Origin: Tubulanus polymorphus | Lineage: Eukaryota; Animalia; Nemertea | Assembly (NCBI RefSeq): GCF_964204645.1 | Contig: NC_134032.1 | Span: 6,932,275 to 6,996,274, forward strand | Direction of reading: 5' to 3' | DNA length: 64,000 nucleotides | Shown here: positions 13,992 to 27,239 of the stretch, piece after piece | Position numbering within the stretch: the first letter of the stretch is position 1 | How the letters are laid out: every line of letters starts with the position of its first letter | Notes under the pieces: model-generated | The model's database searches: none | What the model was told of the DNA's origin: nothing | Seen by the model: only the letters and a program-made list of their open reading frames with translations | Program-made: the position numbers and the translations under genes

Positions 13992-16347
13992 TGCGGTTTT
14001 TTATATTTTCTGTCCTTTCGCGTAAAAAGAAGATACCATTCTGACAAACTGTATTAATTTTACATCGGAACCTTTATAAATCATTTGTTCAAATCTTTCC
14101 TGCTGTCCATAAGAACCCTTCATCATTATCGCCATATTCTACATCATCCTAATCATCATCACCGTCGTCTCCATCTCCACCATCATCATCGTCGTCCCCA
14201 TCCCCACCTTTATGAAAATAAAGTGCAATTTAAGTGCACTAGTGCATTTTAAAGTGTGACTTATCTATAAAATCATTTAAAAAGTTAAAATTCTTTATGC
14301 GTCTCAAAGCAATGGGTTTGGTTTTTAGGATTTTTGGATACCGGGATATGCGCGGAAATTCTTACTCTAGGTAGTTCTACAGTTTAAAAACCTCGAGGAG
14401 GGAGGTTTCTACTTATCCAAAAGAGTTCATAACTCCCAAGAGTGGTCTTAGATTGACCATAGAACTAAGATGGTCTTAAGTCTAGGCCATGACTACGAAA
14501 CCGGTTCCTTTGCTGTGAGTTATGTCTGACGAAAAATTGATTAATTAGAATATGACATCTACATACATGTAGAAGGATTTTTCATTTTCAGCAAAATACA
14601 TGTATGAATTAAATTCTGAATCAATTGATTATTAAGATGTTTCATTCAATACAAGACACACTATAGTACGATAACTACACTCAAACGTGATGAACAGATA
14701 CTAAGATAAAACCCACTATTTAAAAATTAAAAGAATTCTAAAATCGACAATTTATTTATTGAACCGACCTAAAATATAAGAACACGACTTTTCGATCTCG
14801 CCATAGAGATCATCGCCTTCTTTTGATTTGTAGATAGTGGGTTTTTATCTTAAGTCACACTAGTTCTTGAAAATTAGATTAATGTATCTCGGAAAGTGCA
14901 ATTTGGGGTAATTGTTCCAGACTGCAAGACTTATCCACTATCAATTACCCAAGAATTCTCTTGGTAGAAAGTGTGGTTGATAAATTCAAGCTTCAGTCGT
15001 TATTCATGTGACTTTTCTTTTCATTAGGTGCACATGTAAGTATTGCCAAATATTAGAGACAGCGAGGGAATGTGTACGCTGCCAGGAGATGCCACAAGTG
15101 ACTGCCAAGATGCATGAGGCAGAGACGTTGACAGGAAAGGCTGAATCCAACAACATGTCTATCGCACTTCTGAGCCCAAATGTCTACTTTTACCTAGTAG
15201 CCACTTGAGAACAATAAGCAATAAACGATATCAGTTACTTTTCCAGTAGAAGTATACATTTCAAAACAGTCACTCTGAAATAGTATTCCTTTCAATTCGG
15301 TTGGTTTTCTATAGTGGCTGTTTCGAAGAGTCAACTATTGAAAAGTGACCATTTTGAAACATCTGGTTTCGATAGTGCACACTAGCAGTAGAGGTGACTG
15401 TTACACCACCCGCCTCAATCGAAAAATCAAACGAAATTTACCAACCAAATTAATAAATAACGGGGACAATCCCTATTTTAAGATCAAAACCACCCGCCTG
15501 TTAACAGTGACTTTGTGATAGTAACTCCTACCATAGCAGCTACTCTCAAAACACATCGTTTCTAAAAGTCAACCATTGAAAAGTGACCATTTTGAGATCG
15601 CTTGCCAGATTCCTTGTTACAAATACACTGTAGCAACATATGCTTCAGATTTTCAGTGATACGTGACATTATAAACATACTGAGAAACTCTACTCACGCT
15701 ATATGGCTATAGGGGTATGGTTCCATTAAGAGTGACTCAGTTAAGATCTGAAGATATTGTAGATACTCTTTGAGGATGTGAAATGTAATGAGCGATTCCC
15801 AACTCTAACCAATAAAAGTCGAGATTGGAGTTAAATTTGTTAAAATTGTCAATAGTTATGTAGTTTTAAGATAAATCGAAATTTCCTTCTTTTCATGGCG
15901 ATATAATTAATAAAGAATTAAATTAGAACAAATGCAGCTATTTTCAAGCATAGGTCTGCATTTATTTTTGATTTAAATTCTTAAAAGCGCAATCATAAAT
16001 TCAGGCTAACTGCTCATTATTGAAATGGTGGTTTATTTTCAACGGGGGCCTGGATGTCTTTGCATCTTAAATTAAGATGTGCATTTCGGAGTGTTCGAAT
16101 TTCCCTGAATTCTAATTTCGCGAAATCATTGATTTTTTTAAACAAAATATCCTATATATATGTGGATTTTAAACATTCTAAAGAAATCATCTAAATTGAG
16201 CCCATATTTGATCGAATTTAATAGAAGAAACGTTGTATGGTATTCAAGATTTCATTTGGATTACGGTAACGGCCTTTGGTGATCGTCCCTGGGGTCATGA
16301 ATGAAGAAATCCCGTAATAGAATTTTTTTAAGCAATTTGTTAAGATG

Positions 16348-16463
16348 AAACCGCAACGTTTCGACTGTTGACTAACAGCCATCATTAGGTGGAATGTAGA
16401 CATTCCTAGTGATAAGGGCTTTTAGTCAGATGGCTGTCAGTCAACAGCCGAAACGTTGTGGTT
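16348..16463. ncRNA. Inverted pair of degenerate Penelope-type minimal hammerhead ribozyme motifs (pLTR remnants)
   Basis: Minus strand CCAC-CTAATGA-TGGCTG..CAGTC-GAAAC-GTT-GCGG (16351-16392); plus strand GATGGCTG..CAGCC-GAAAC-GTT-GTGG (16429-16461); inverted repeat extends ~16298-16513. Confidence 0.6.
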
Positions 16464-16804
16464 TAACTTTAATAAATTTCATGGTACAAAATTCTATTGT
16501 GGAATTTCTTCATTTATCTACAGTCAACTCGATTTAGAGTATTTTATTCGACTTCTTCGGGTCCTGTAGTCGTTTAGATCGTAAATTATTTACTAATCGG
16601 CAAAGAAGGGATATACAACCGTGTTGGTCGCTATGAGAGGGATTCCCTGTAAATCTCCACCTTAAACCGGTACCTTTGTTGGTCCTAGCGGTTCAAGTCC
16701 AGTATAGCGTGGAATAGTTCCCCGCTCAAAGATACATTTTTAGAAAAGGAGTAATTCGGCAGCGTACTTATCAAGACATACCGACGAACCGACATACTCG
16801 TAGT

Positions 16805-17495
16805 CCCTCGATCCAGCCACGGGTAATCCACGGAAAACCCTGTCCCTCGATCCTAGCCACTTTATATAACGGTAATCCATGCACCACACAGCCCCTCGAT
16901 CCATGCACCACACAGCCCCTCGATCCCAGCCACTTTATACACGGGTAATCCATGCACCACACAGACCCTCGATCCCAGCCACTTTGTATAAGGGTAATCC
17001 ATGCACCACACAGCCCCTCGATCCCAGCCACTTTATACAAGGGTAATCCACGCACCACACAGCCCCTCGATCCTAGCCACTTTATATAAGGGTAATCCAC
17101 GCACCACACAACCCCTCGATCCCAGCCACTTTGTATAAGGGTAATCCATGCACCACACAGCCCCTCTATCCTAGCCACTTTATACAAGGGTAATCCACGC
17201 ACCACACAGCCCCTCGATCCTAGCCACTTTATATAAGGGTAATCCATGCACCACACAGCCCCTCGATCCCAGCCACTTTATACAAGGGTAATCCACGCGA
17301 CACACAGCACCTCGATCCCAGCCACTTTATATAAGGGTAATCCACGCACCACACAGCCCCTCGATCCTAGCCACTTTATATAAGGGTAATCCATGCACCA
17401 CACAGCCTCTCGATCCCAGCCAATTTATACAAGGGTAATCCATACATACCAAGCCCCTCGATCCCAGCCACTTTATATAAGGGTAATCCACGCAC
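16805..17495. repeat. 49-bp minisatellite flanked by inverted 8-bp (CCGACAAA/GTCGG) subrepeats
   Basis: Unit CAGCCACTTTATATAAGGGTAATCCATGCACCACACAGCCCCTCGATCC, about 14 copies. Confidence 0.93.
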
Positions 17496-18539
17496 GGATT
17501 TGTCGGTTCGTCTGTATGTCGGTTCGTCGGATTGTCGGTATGTCGGTTTGTCGGTTCTTCGGTTTGTCGGTATGTTCGCACGTCCCTATGGCGTAATGTC
17601 GTAAGATTCAATCAGTCCAATATTGGCGGATTAATTCCAAATACCAGTCCAATGTGATAAGTCTCTGCTGGAACTATTTAATGCTATAATGGACTTGAGC
17701 CGTTCTAGCCTGCATTCAATTCCAAATTCAAGTATTGGTAACGTTCGTTTACGATAATTTGAGAAAAAGAGTTTAGTTGGAGAAAACTGATAATTATCTT
17801 ATAATTCAGCGATTCATTGGTTCATCGATTCAGCGAAATTCAAACACCGTACAATTTGGCGTGTTATTATATTGGCACCTTGAAATAAAGTCTCATAGAG
17901 ATATTGCGGTGCTATGTTCATTTATATTAAGAGGTAATTACTTTTGGTTCGTGGCCTTTCGGTGGTCAGTGCAGTTTGTTCATTCATTCATCAATTACTG
18001 TCCAGTTAGCCAGTGTAATTGACTGATAGCTGCTGCTGGGTTTTTGATAACCTATATAAACAATTTACTCAACAAAGTAGGAAAGTATGTGAAACTAGAA
18101 TTACAGCCTATTGCATTTCTTTCACATCTTAAGCCAAAAGAAGTTTTCTCTATCAAATGAAATTGCTGATTTCAAAATTACGTGAACATCTCAACTCTGC
18201 ACTTTTATACACTAATCGTTTGATCTTTTATGATAAGTTGGCAATTTCATTTCAACCAAACTGTATAACTACGAAATAAGATTTTGATTATTGTATCACT
18301 TCTAGCGAGCGATAAAACGATTCAATATTCATTAAAGAACAAGCAGAGAACAGCGTGACATGGATTACTTAAAAATCGTTTGTATCGAAATAAACAATAA
18401 ATTCAAGGTTAATTCTAAGTATTTTAGATACATCTTTTTCGTAATTCATCTTTTGAACATATGATTTTATTTGTATATTCCTCTCTCATATACCCTTAAA
18501 ATCAAATTAAGCCTAAAAGACAAATTCATTCAAATTCAA

Positions 18540-19667
18540 GGGTGTTCGAACTTCGCTGAATCACTTAATCACTGAATCGCTGAACCGCTGATTATTATAT
18601 TAATTTCGCTGAATCATTGAATTTATTCTAATATACGCTGAATCTATGTAAATCTTACACATTCTAAAGACAATTAATTATTTGATCAATTAAATGAGAA
18701 ATTTCGTTACATATTCGAAAAAATTCCAGTTAGACGGACTACGGTAACGGACGTAGTATTTTGCGGTAACGGCCTTCGGCGATGAGCACCGGTACTTCGG
18801 GTCATGTAAACCATAGAATAGAAACTGATACAGGTACATGTACATCCCTGGCGTTCGAGCGGTGAGAACCATTTTCTGTGAAGAAAGGGCAATATTTAAT
18901 GTTATGGCTTGGACAGAAATGACCAGTTGAGATCCACAGCGAATTATACCAAAGACTGAGCAGCAGAGTACAGACATTCGTATGCTTTATTCAGCAGTTT
19001 GATAACTGAATTTGTGTTACAGTATTTCATATATATACATGACGTTACAGTAGATAAAACATTTTGGTTGAAGGAACACACCAGTATACCAATTGATAGT
19101 TAGAGGGTTGTGACATTAAGCAATAGTCGTATCGCCGATCGGTAGTGTTACATGTGATAAATTCAACAGAGGAATTCCCATTAAAAAAACAACTGTTTAA
19201 ACGAAAATGATCACGTATGATGCGCTCTGTGGACCCCCAGTCGGCTTATTCACCAGAGAATATTACCACGCATAAATATAATAACTCGTACGTGTAGTAC
19301 CAAGGCCGAACCAAATTTCCTAAACCTTCCAGCAAAAAAAAGACAGAAATACTAAAAAAAACTTTCAGGTGAATACAGGTACTTTATTTGGTAACATAGA
19401 ATTTTATTTTACCAGCAGAAATTAAATTGTTGACTGCTGTCCTGGCCCGCGTCCGCAAAGCGTTTTTATCTTGCTCTAAAAGCGTTACTATCGTCAAATA
19501 TGGCACCACTTATATGATTTATTATTTATTATACATTGTTCGTTTTACAATTGCTTGAAAAAATCAGTAAAATTAAAAGAAATGATAATTAACGAAAATT
19601 CAGGGTTTCAGTAATTCAGCGGTTCAGCGAATCAGCGATTCAGTGATTCAGCGAAGTTCGAACACCC
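18540..19667. mobile_element. MITE with GGGTGTTCGAACTTCGCTGAATCACT TIRs; related TIR pair at ~16090/17849
   Basis: 26-bp perfect inverted match plus 8-bp subterminal GCTGAATC repeats; no TSD resolved. Confidence 0.75.
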
Positions 19668-21054
19668 ATTTATGAACGCACCGGAATGTTTTATAATCGC
19701 AAATGTGAAACAAGAATCTTAGAATTCTAAGAATTCTAGGACTGGCACTATATTTTAGTATTTAATCCATGATGATGTTATATGAATCAATAGTTTTCAC
19801 TTTGTTGAGCGTAATATAATTAAGGGGATTCTTAGCAATTAAAAAACTTTCTATTTTCTATTCACAGAAAGAAAAAAACTCACAAAGCATACAGAGTTCT
19901 GTATACAAATCATATAGGATTTAACGGTACCTTTGAACCTGTCACGTATCACTGCAAATCTTTAACAGATGCTGCTATTTTGAACAGGAAATTACCAGGC
20001 CATCTCAAAATGGTCACGTTTCAATAGTCGACATTTAGAAACGATGTGTTTTGAGGGTAGCTGCTATGGTAGGAGTTACTATTACAAAGTCACTGTTAAC
20101 AGGCGGGTGGTTTTACAGTCACCTCAACTGCTAGTGTACACTCTCGAAACCAGATGTTTCAAAATGGTCACTTTTCAATAGTAGACTCTTGAAACAGCCA
20201 CTATAGAAAACCAACCGAATTGAAAGGAATACTATTCCAGAGTGACTGTTTTGAAATGTATACTACTGGAAAAGTGGCTGATATCGTTAATTATTTATTG
20301 TTCTCAAGTGGCTACTAAGTAAAAGTAGACATTTGGGCTCTAAAGTGCGATAGACATGTTCTTGGATTCAGCCTTTCAGATGTACTTCCACCATGTATTA
20401 CCCTGGAATTCAATGCTGTGTGCAACTATTGACCCATGGGGACTTCAATGTGCCTGGGTGGGGTCCAAACAGGGTATGGTGGTTAAGCTTTTAAAGCACC
20501 CAAACATGCCAAATAGACATATAGTGTACAGGCAGTTCGTCAGTTGCTGCTGGGTGTGTCTAGGAAGGAACATTCGTGTTGTTATCCCATCATGTTCCGT
20601 GTCGTGCACCTGCGTACGCTACCCTCCACGAGGAATAGAAGAACATTTTAATTTTACAGCTTCCTAATTTGAAATAGACAAAAAAAGTTTAAAATCAATA
20701 CAGTTTATTTACAAAATAATACATGCATGATTTGATAATTTGGGTTCTGTTTATATTCTAACAAATTGAAAATTCTTTCAAATATCTCGGTCTATTGTGT
20801 AAGATTTCTGAGAATCGATTCTTTTATTCAAGGCAAATGGTAAATCTTACAAATGAATAGTATGTATATGAAGCCGCACTGGATAATGCAGATATACTCA
20901 TGAATTGATGTGAATGGACGCAGTCAGCCTTAGTTCGCTCTCTAGCAGCCAGTGCACCCTCAAAAGTAGTCAGTACTGCAATCTCTGATAGCAGACGGTT
21001 AGGATTCATCTACCTCAAACAGCCAAAGACACTCCTTTTTACTGCGCATGGATC

Positions 21055-22008
21055 ATGAATTCAACTCAGATGCAGATCGGTCGAACTTATCTCAGTAACA
21101 TTGTTATCATGTCTGTGGGGAACAGATCTGCAATCTACCGCTCTTTGTCATTAGTCATTCTGCCTGTCTTGTTCCTGTTCGGATTCTTCGGTAATTCATC
21201 AACTTTCCTGATAATGTCAACCTGCAGATTCCGCTCTTTATCCTACGCTAATTATCTTATTGTTTTGTCTATTAGTGATGTTGTGGTCTGCATTAACTTT
21301 GCGTTGATGCCTGTTTTACAGTTTGTTCTCTTGCACATGGAGACAGGTCCAGCATATGTGATGAATTCACTGACCAGTTGTCAAATCTATGAATTTATAA
21401 TGGTACTTTGCGGCTGCAATAGTTCGTGGTTAATCGTTGCTATAACTCTGGAACGTTCGGCAATTGTGCTCTTCCCGTTCAGATCTCGTTTGATATGTAC
21501 ACCGAGATTCGCTAGATTTGTTATATTGATAATAACTGTAGTGAACGCATTGCTTGTATATCTCACACCTACGCTGTCAGCACATTTTCCCAATCAATCT
21601 CTTGGATGTGTCTATGAAATATTGGACCAAATTGCATACATCACCATGATTCTCATCCACATTTACACTATACCCTTAATTTGTATCCTTACAGCGAATT
21701 CTGTTATAATAATAATGATATTCAGAGGTTCAAAAAGTGTCTCCTCTGATCGGAAAACTACGAAATCAAAACGTACCACAATAATGCTTGTAACAGTTTC
21801 ACTCACATTTGCAATGTTTACACTGCCATCCGCTATTACAGCATTTTCAGCAATCTCTCGGGAAGAAAAAGAATTTCTATATGACATTTTCACACTCCTT
21901 CATCTTTGTAACTATGGGGTAAATTTCTACATATATCTTTTACTTGGACAAGAAATTCGTGAATATTTCTATGCAAAAATCTGTTGTAGGAATTCAGTGA
22001 AAAAGTGA
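21055..22008 (+). CDS. Intronless rhodopsin-family (class A) GPCR, peptide-receptor-like (FMRFamide-R/GPR139-like)
   Basis: Seven hydrophobic segments; GFFGN (TM1), LSISD (TM2), TLERS (E/DRY-like), TLP (TM6), NYGVNFYIY (TM7); true start may be the second Met. Confidence 0.9.
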   Translation: MNSTQMQIGRTYLSNIVIMSVGNRSAIYRSLSLVILPVLFLFGFFGNSSTFLIMSTCRFRSLSYANYLIVLSISDVVVCINFALMPVLQFVLLHMETGPAYVMNSLTSCQIYEFIMVLCGCNSSWLIVAITLERSAIVLFPFRSRLICTPRFARFVILIITVVNALLVYLTPTLSAHFPNQSLGCVYEILDQIAYITMILIHIYTIPLICILTANSVIIIMIFRGSKSVSSDRKTTKSKRTTIMLVTVSLTFAMFTLPSAITAFSAISREEKEFLYDIFTLLHLCNYGVNFYIYLLLGQEIREYFYAKICCRNSVKK

Positions 22009-22043
22009 ATAGTGATCGTTATCTCATGTTTCATCTGCTGATA

Positions 22044-22945
22044 CAGTGGAACCTCGTTCTAACGAACCGCTGGGGGAAAATAAAAAGTTCGTAATATACG
22101 GTAGTTTGTTAGATCCGTTTAACATCATTTATGAATGAAATGAGAACACCCCCGAATATGATGAGACACAAACCATCTGATTTCACTAGAGTAGGCCTAC
22201 TGTCTAAGTATAAATACTGTCAGCTAATTGCAAATTGACAACTATAAAATAAAATGTAAATGCAAATCATAAATTCAGATATGATCCCCGGTAACTTTGA
22301 GTAGCAAATAGTAATATAATGCATGTGTGTAGGGATAAATTCTATTTCAGAGCTTAGACCATGATTCTTACACCATGATTTCAGAATCTTAGACTACGAT
22401 AACAAGCTAACTGGTCGACTAAAGTGTATCATGCTTTTCGTTTGCGTCCCTACTCGGGAATGCGACGGAACAAGGAAATGCATATTATACAACGCTATAA
22501 CGTCAGAACTATTTCAAAACTTAAGAGCGTTTGGTCCCATTTTCAATTTCTCTGACCTGATCTCAATCAATTTGCAATGCACGTTTGTTGCCATCATTAA
22601 GCGAGTGTGAATATCACTGTATTGGAATTGAATTGTTAACGGCTGAAACAATGAGCGACTACTACAAATTGTAGCAAAACCCTTTAAATCGCTATTCTGT
22701 ATCACTAAGCTAAGATAAATATAGCACCACTGTCCATCGGTTTGAGCCTGATAATAAATAAACAAGTGTGATTGATCGTAATAGGACTCCAAAACTAAGG
22801 TCGTTATAACCGAAAGTTCATTAGAAATGTGGTCGTCGTTTCCGATGAAATTTAACTGTAAATGAGAAGAATTTGGTTAGGGTTTTTTCATTCGTAACAA
22901 GCGATGGTTCGTTAGTTCGGAGGTCGTTAGAAAAAGGTTCCACTG
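22044..22945. mobile_element. Tc1/pogo-type MITE
   Basis: TA-CAGTGGAACCT...AGGTTCCACTG-TG termini (right TA mutated). Confidence 0.75.
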
Positions 22946-23999
22946 TGCTTTAGTTTTATTTTTAGGATCAACTGAGTTGATCCTTATAGAATGGTTCTGC
23001 GAGTAACTTTCTGTTAGCTCTTGATGGCACAAATTGTAACCACTGAATATACATAGCTGTTATTTTGTCATTAGGAGGGAGATAGGTGTTGGAATCAATA
23101 TGGCGATTTCCGTCCATCAGCGCTAAGCTGTTAGGAATAACTGGGAGAAAATGTGCAAAGTTGAATTTGTCCCCATTTTACTAATCGATACTTGGCCTTG
23201 TTTCTTGATGATGATATCATAGGGAAAATCCTTCAGAAGGGTATCACTTGGAAAGCTCTTTAAAAGGGCTTTCCCAGTAACATCATTATCAAGAACCAGC
23301 TTGTGCTTTTAAAATATTTTATAGCCCAATTTCTGGGGGGGGGGGGGGGTGTTGAATAATGAAATTGTATGATTGTTTGGCATTTCAAACCACTTCCCAA
23401 GTGGGCGTGGTTGCATTCCCTTTCCAACAACTCTGGAAAATGTTGGGGAAGTAGAAATTCAGCACCGTTGGATATGGAATTAAGTTGCATGTGAACAAAA
23501 AAAGAAAAAATGTGTAGAAAATTTCTATTTATTATCATTGACATAGATTATCAATATATGAGATTTTGTTCCAATATTTAATGTTATTGTAGCAATCAGT
23601 GGTAAGAATGTCAAATAAGAAAAGAAGGGGGAACGATCAAAGTAAGTGCAGATTATTGATTTAGAGTTATGATCCATGTAGACCTTTACTACATGTTCCA
23701 GTGTACATTTATATGTGTTTAATGGGCTTAAAATTATAACCCTGTTGAACAGATGGATCTATGTAGGATTTAAATATTCCTTTTTAGGGGTCCAAACTTG
23801 AAGTGCAAGTTATGTTTGTTTACATCGCATTCGAAGTCTGGCATGATAGACCATCAAGTAGATAAGCATTTGAATGAATATATGGAAGAGATCGAAAATG
23901 ATAGGTCAGTGAAATTTTGCAATATCGTTCTTAACTCTTCAATTGATTTAACCTCATTAATCCTACATGCAAAATGTAAAGTTTTTCACATCCTCCCTC

Positions 24000-24328
24000 T
24001 GCAGGGACTCGAACCTGATGGCACCGCTACACTCAGCCACGGCACGAACCCCTGCATCAGTAGACCGGGTGCGCAGGTACACGCGCAGCTTTCCGAACGA
24101 AAACTGGCGGCACCAATCAGATTGCTCGTTGTATAAACGTTGAGGCAAATTTCAAGGAAGAACTATAAATGGGAAAACCCGGGCTAAAATAAAACGGGAT
24201 ATCTGATTGGCTAAAAATCACATCATCTGAACTGCGCATGCGCACACGGTCGATTATGGCAGGGTTTCGTGCCGTGGCAATCTCGATGCCATCAGGTTCG
24301 AATCCCTGCCGGGGGAGGATGAGTTTTT
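24000..24328. repeat. Dispersed element with two divergent tRNA-like modules, copy 2
   Basis: Minus module 24000-24056 and plus module 24258-24310, each a 7-bp closing stem with a GGTTCGA[A/G]TCC B-box; TTTTT at 24324-24328. Confidence 0.7.
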
Positions 24329-24329
24329 C

Positions 24330-24334
<5 letters not shown>

Positions 24335-24418
<84 letters not shown>

Positions 24419-24441
24419 CCTATATATATATATATATATAT
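24335..24441. repeat. (TA)n microsatellite
   Basis: Direct observation; interrupted once by GGCC. Confidence 0.97.
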
Positions 24442-27239
24442 CCACCCTATTTTTGGGGCAGAGCTATGTAAGTCGGCTATTGTTATAACAAGAAAATTAA
24501 CTTTAATAAATTATTTGACGCCTGCGAAAAAATGTAGAATTTCTGGTATATGCTAATGTGGAATTGCAAATTTGAAATCGAAGTTTTACGAAATTTCGGG
24601 AATTATGAGATTTGGCGATTGGGTAGATGATACAGTCTTCGACTGGTCTAATCAAAAAAAAATTGTCAACTTGTGACTTCGATTCACTTTTGCCTCTAAG
24701 CTGGTCTGCAACTTCATTGGCTCCATGGTTGAAGAAAGAGCTCTTCTGATGTCTGCTTCATCATGACTTTGAGCATATCGTGTAGCCAGCCAGCCCGGTC
24801 CTGGGGCCCGGTCTGGCTGTCACTTGATATCATAGACTTGAGTCTGGGTTGAAGAAGACATTGTCATTTAAATAACTTTTTCATGTTATTCTGTATGAAT
24901 TACCCGTGTGTCTTGTATTTTCTTATTTTAAAATTTGTAAATGTATTGATTTTTTGAATTTTATCACGGAATTTCAATGTAATAAGGATCAATAAAGTAT
25001 TGAATTGAATTGTCACCTTATACACATGCCATCAGTGGACGCGGAGCCGTATATGACAGCTATGCTATTGTAAATTGCTAATCTCAGGAAACCTGCAATA
25101 ACCCTAATATCGAACATACTTTCTAAAACATTTGAATATTGAAATTATATGTTTACACGTTTTTATATAGACCGCTTGTAGCCGCCGATGAAATTCACGC
25201 CGGCCCTACTCAGATCGTAGATAGCTTCGTCATTCCACTAGCAACCCCATGTCAGGGTCTGACTTTTATATCAGACTTCCAAATCGTGTATACATCCGCC
25301 ATTTAACCGAATAATCCGATTTACTTATCATTTCTATTTATCCCTGCCGCTCCTGGTATAATCATACATCCTTTACTATTACAATACGTCTTCTCATGAT
25401 ATTCGATGCGATATAACATTTCGACGTTCAAATATAGGTCATTATATAATCCCAGGGAGCCATTCTACATCTTTATCAATAATATTTTGCCAAATAGCTT
25501 GTATGTGTACACATAAACCTTTGACGTTTTGCACATCGATTTACGGTTGTCGTTTGTAAAACTGACGCTGAATGGTTATCATTGTTTAGGTTTCATAATG
25601 GTAACGTTTTATAAGGCGTCAAAAAATTGGATATTGCAGTGAAGCTGATACATCCCCCAGTAAAAACTCGCCAGAATACATTGATATCTCGACATCTGAT
25701 GAAGAAGATTTATCAAGGTAGGTTTCAACTTGTATATGAAAAAACTACTTTCATTCTTAGGTCTTAGGTAATTTGCTGCACTATTAGAAATTTATTATAA
25801 TTAGGGTTTTCTGTTATTTCACAGAAAACCCTATTGATATCCGCGTGATTATTATTAGGGTTTTCTGTTACATCACAGAAAACCCTATTGAGATTCGCGT
25901 GTTTCTTATTATTATTATTATTATTATTTTTTTCCACACATTTTTTGTCAAAAGTACATAGGCTTTTTTACATTACCGCTGTTGGCGATACAATTCGTCT
26001 GATATCATTCAGCTCAGTTCGATCTACAAATACTCCGTGCGAATTTTGAAGAATCAACGTTACAAAAGCACTGTCGGGCCGTAAACATCGAAAATTGAGC
26101 CCCATTCAAAGAGCCGACATGTTTTTCTAAGTCGTCTTTCCGAAATCTACCGCACGTTTCTGGTCACATCGATTATCAATTCAAGCATAAATGAACAAAT
26201 TTATTACCCAAAGATTGCACATTCTGTCGCGGTTTTTAAAAACTAATTTTAACAATAACCCATTTTCCTCATCAAATTATAATACCAATACACAGGAAAT
26301 TTACTACTTCAGATTTTAAAAGCACTGTCGAGCCGTAAACATCGACGAATCGACGTGTGTCACTACATCGTCGTTCCGGGAATCAGCTGCGAGTTTCTCC
26401 TCATTCTGAGAATCAAATCAAGTACAAATTAATTTATTACTACCAGTGATTTGGCTGCGGGCGTCAAGCAGTTAATTTAGCAATACCTATTTTTCTTTAC
26501 CAAATTTACCGTGTTTTTACTAAGATAAATCATAAGTGTACCGGGGAGTCGTAAGCCTAAACTAAACACGCCGAAGAGATATAGCGGAGAAAAGCTGTTA
26601 TGTCGACGAGGTATCAAAATAAAAGAATATATTACTTTATTCGGCCGCGGGCTTCAACCATTTATCAATACTCTATATTTCCTGCAGTACATACCGATCA
26701 TTGTCAAATCCACAAGGTATTTACTAAATACAAGTATATAACACACTCCTATCCGTATGCTGGACTCACACTTGACATTCGGAGTAAGCGTTCGCTGTGG
26801 GGGAAAGGGATCGTTCGCTGTGTCGCTTGAAGTGTTTATCGAGTTCGACGCGGCTTTAGGCCTACCGGTACTGAGCTTTACTCAAACAAACAAACACAGT
26901 ATAATTGTTGCGTTTATTAACGGACTCATTGGATTGAACTTCAAAACAAAATTTACGATATTTAGGTGAGTTGTTATTCAATAGGCCTACGACCAATCTG
27001 TCCGGATGTTAGGCCTACGCATATACATAGGCCTACATAGGCTAGTAGCCTCTAGTAGGTTAAGTGTTGGCTGTGGGGGAAAGGAGATCGTTCGCTGTGT
27101 CGCTTGAAGTGTTTATCGAGTTTTACGCGACCTTAAGGCTTTAGTATGGTGGCTGATAAGATAAAAAAACACGAATATGCAAATGAGGGCGACATAACGA
27201 CAAAACGACAAAACTAAAATAACGCGAGAAAACAATGAT

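Larger units (their letters stand above)
15135..20377. mobile_element. Non-autonomous long-TIR (foldback-like) DNA transposon
   Basis: TIRs 15135-~15598 and 20002-20377 (GAAAGGCTGAATCC...GGATTCAGCCTTTC); AG duplicated at 15133-15134 and 20378-20379. Confidence 0.85.
15028..20667 (+). pseudogene. P2X7 C-terminal-like Cys-rich gene (transposon-associated type), split by a 5.2-kb insertion
   Basis: CTCKYCQ...ECVRCQE at 15028-15134 continues in frame after 20379 (DVLPPCITL..FNAVC), then YRQF..W..LGRNIRVVIPSC. Confidence 0.7.

Noticed and set aside
16771-17611. Repetitive ORFs (161 and 94 aa)
   Set aside because: Products of the 49-bp minisatellite
24258-24310. Canonical tRNA gene, or hammerhead on the minus strand (CTGATG...GAAAC)
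   Set aside because: No D-arm and the T-stem overlaps the closing stem; the hammerhead reading lacks A9, stem I and the UH cleavage site
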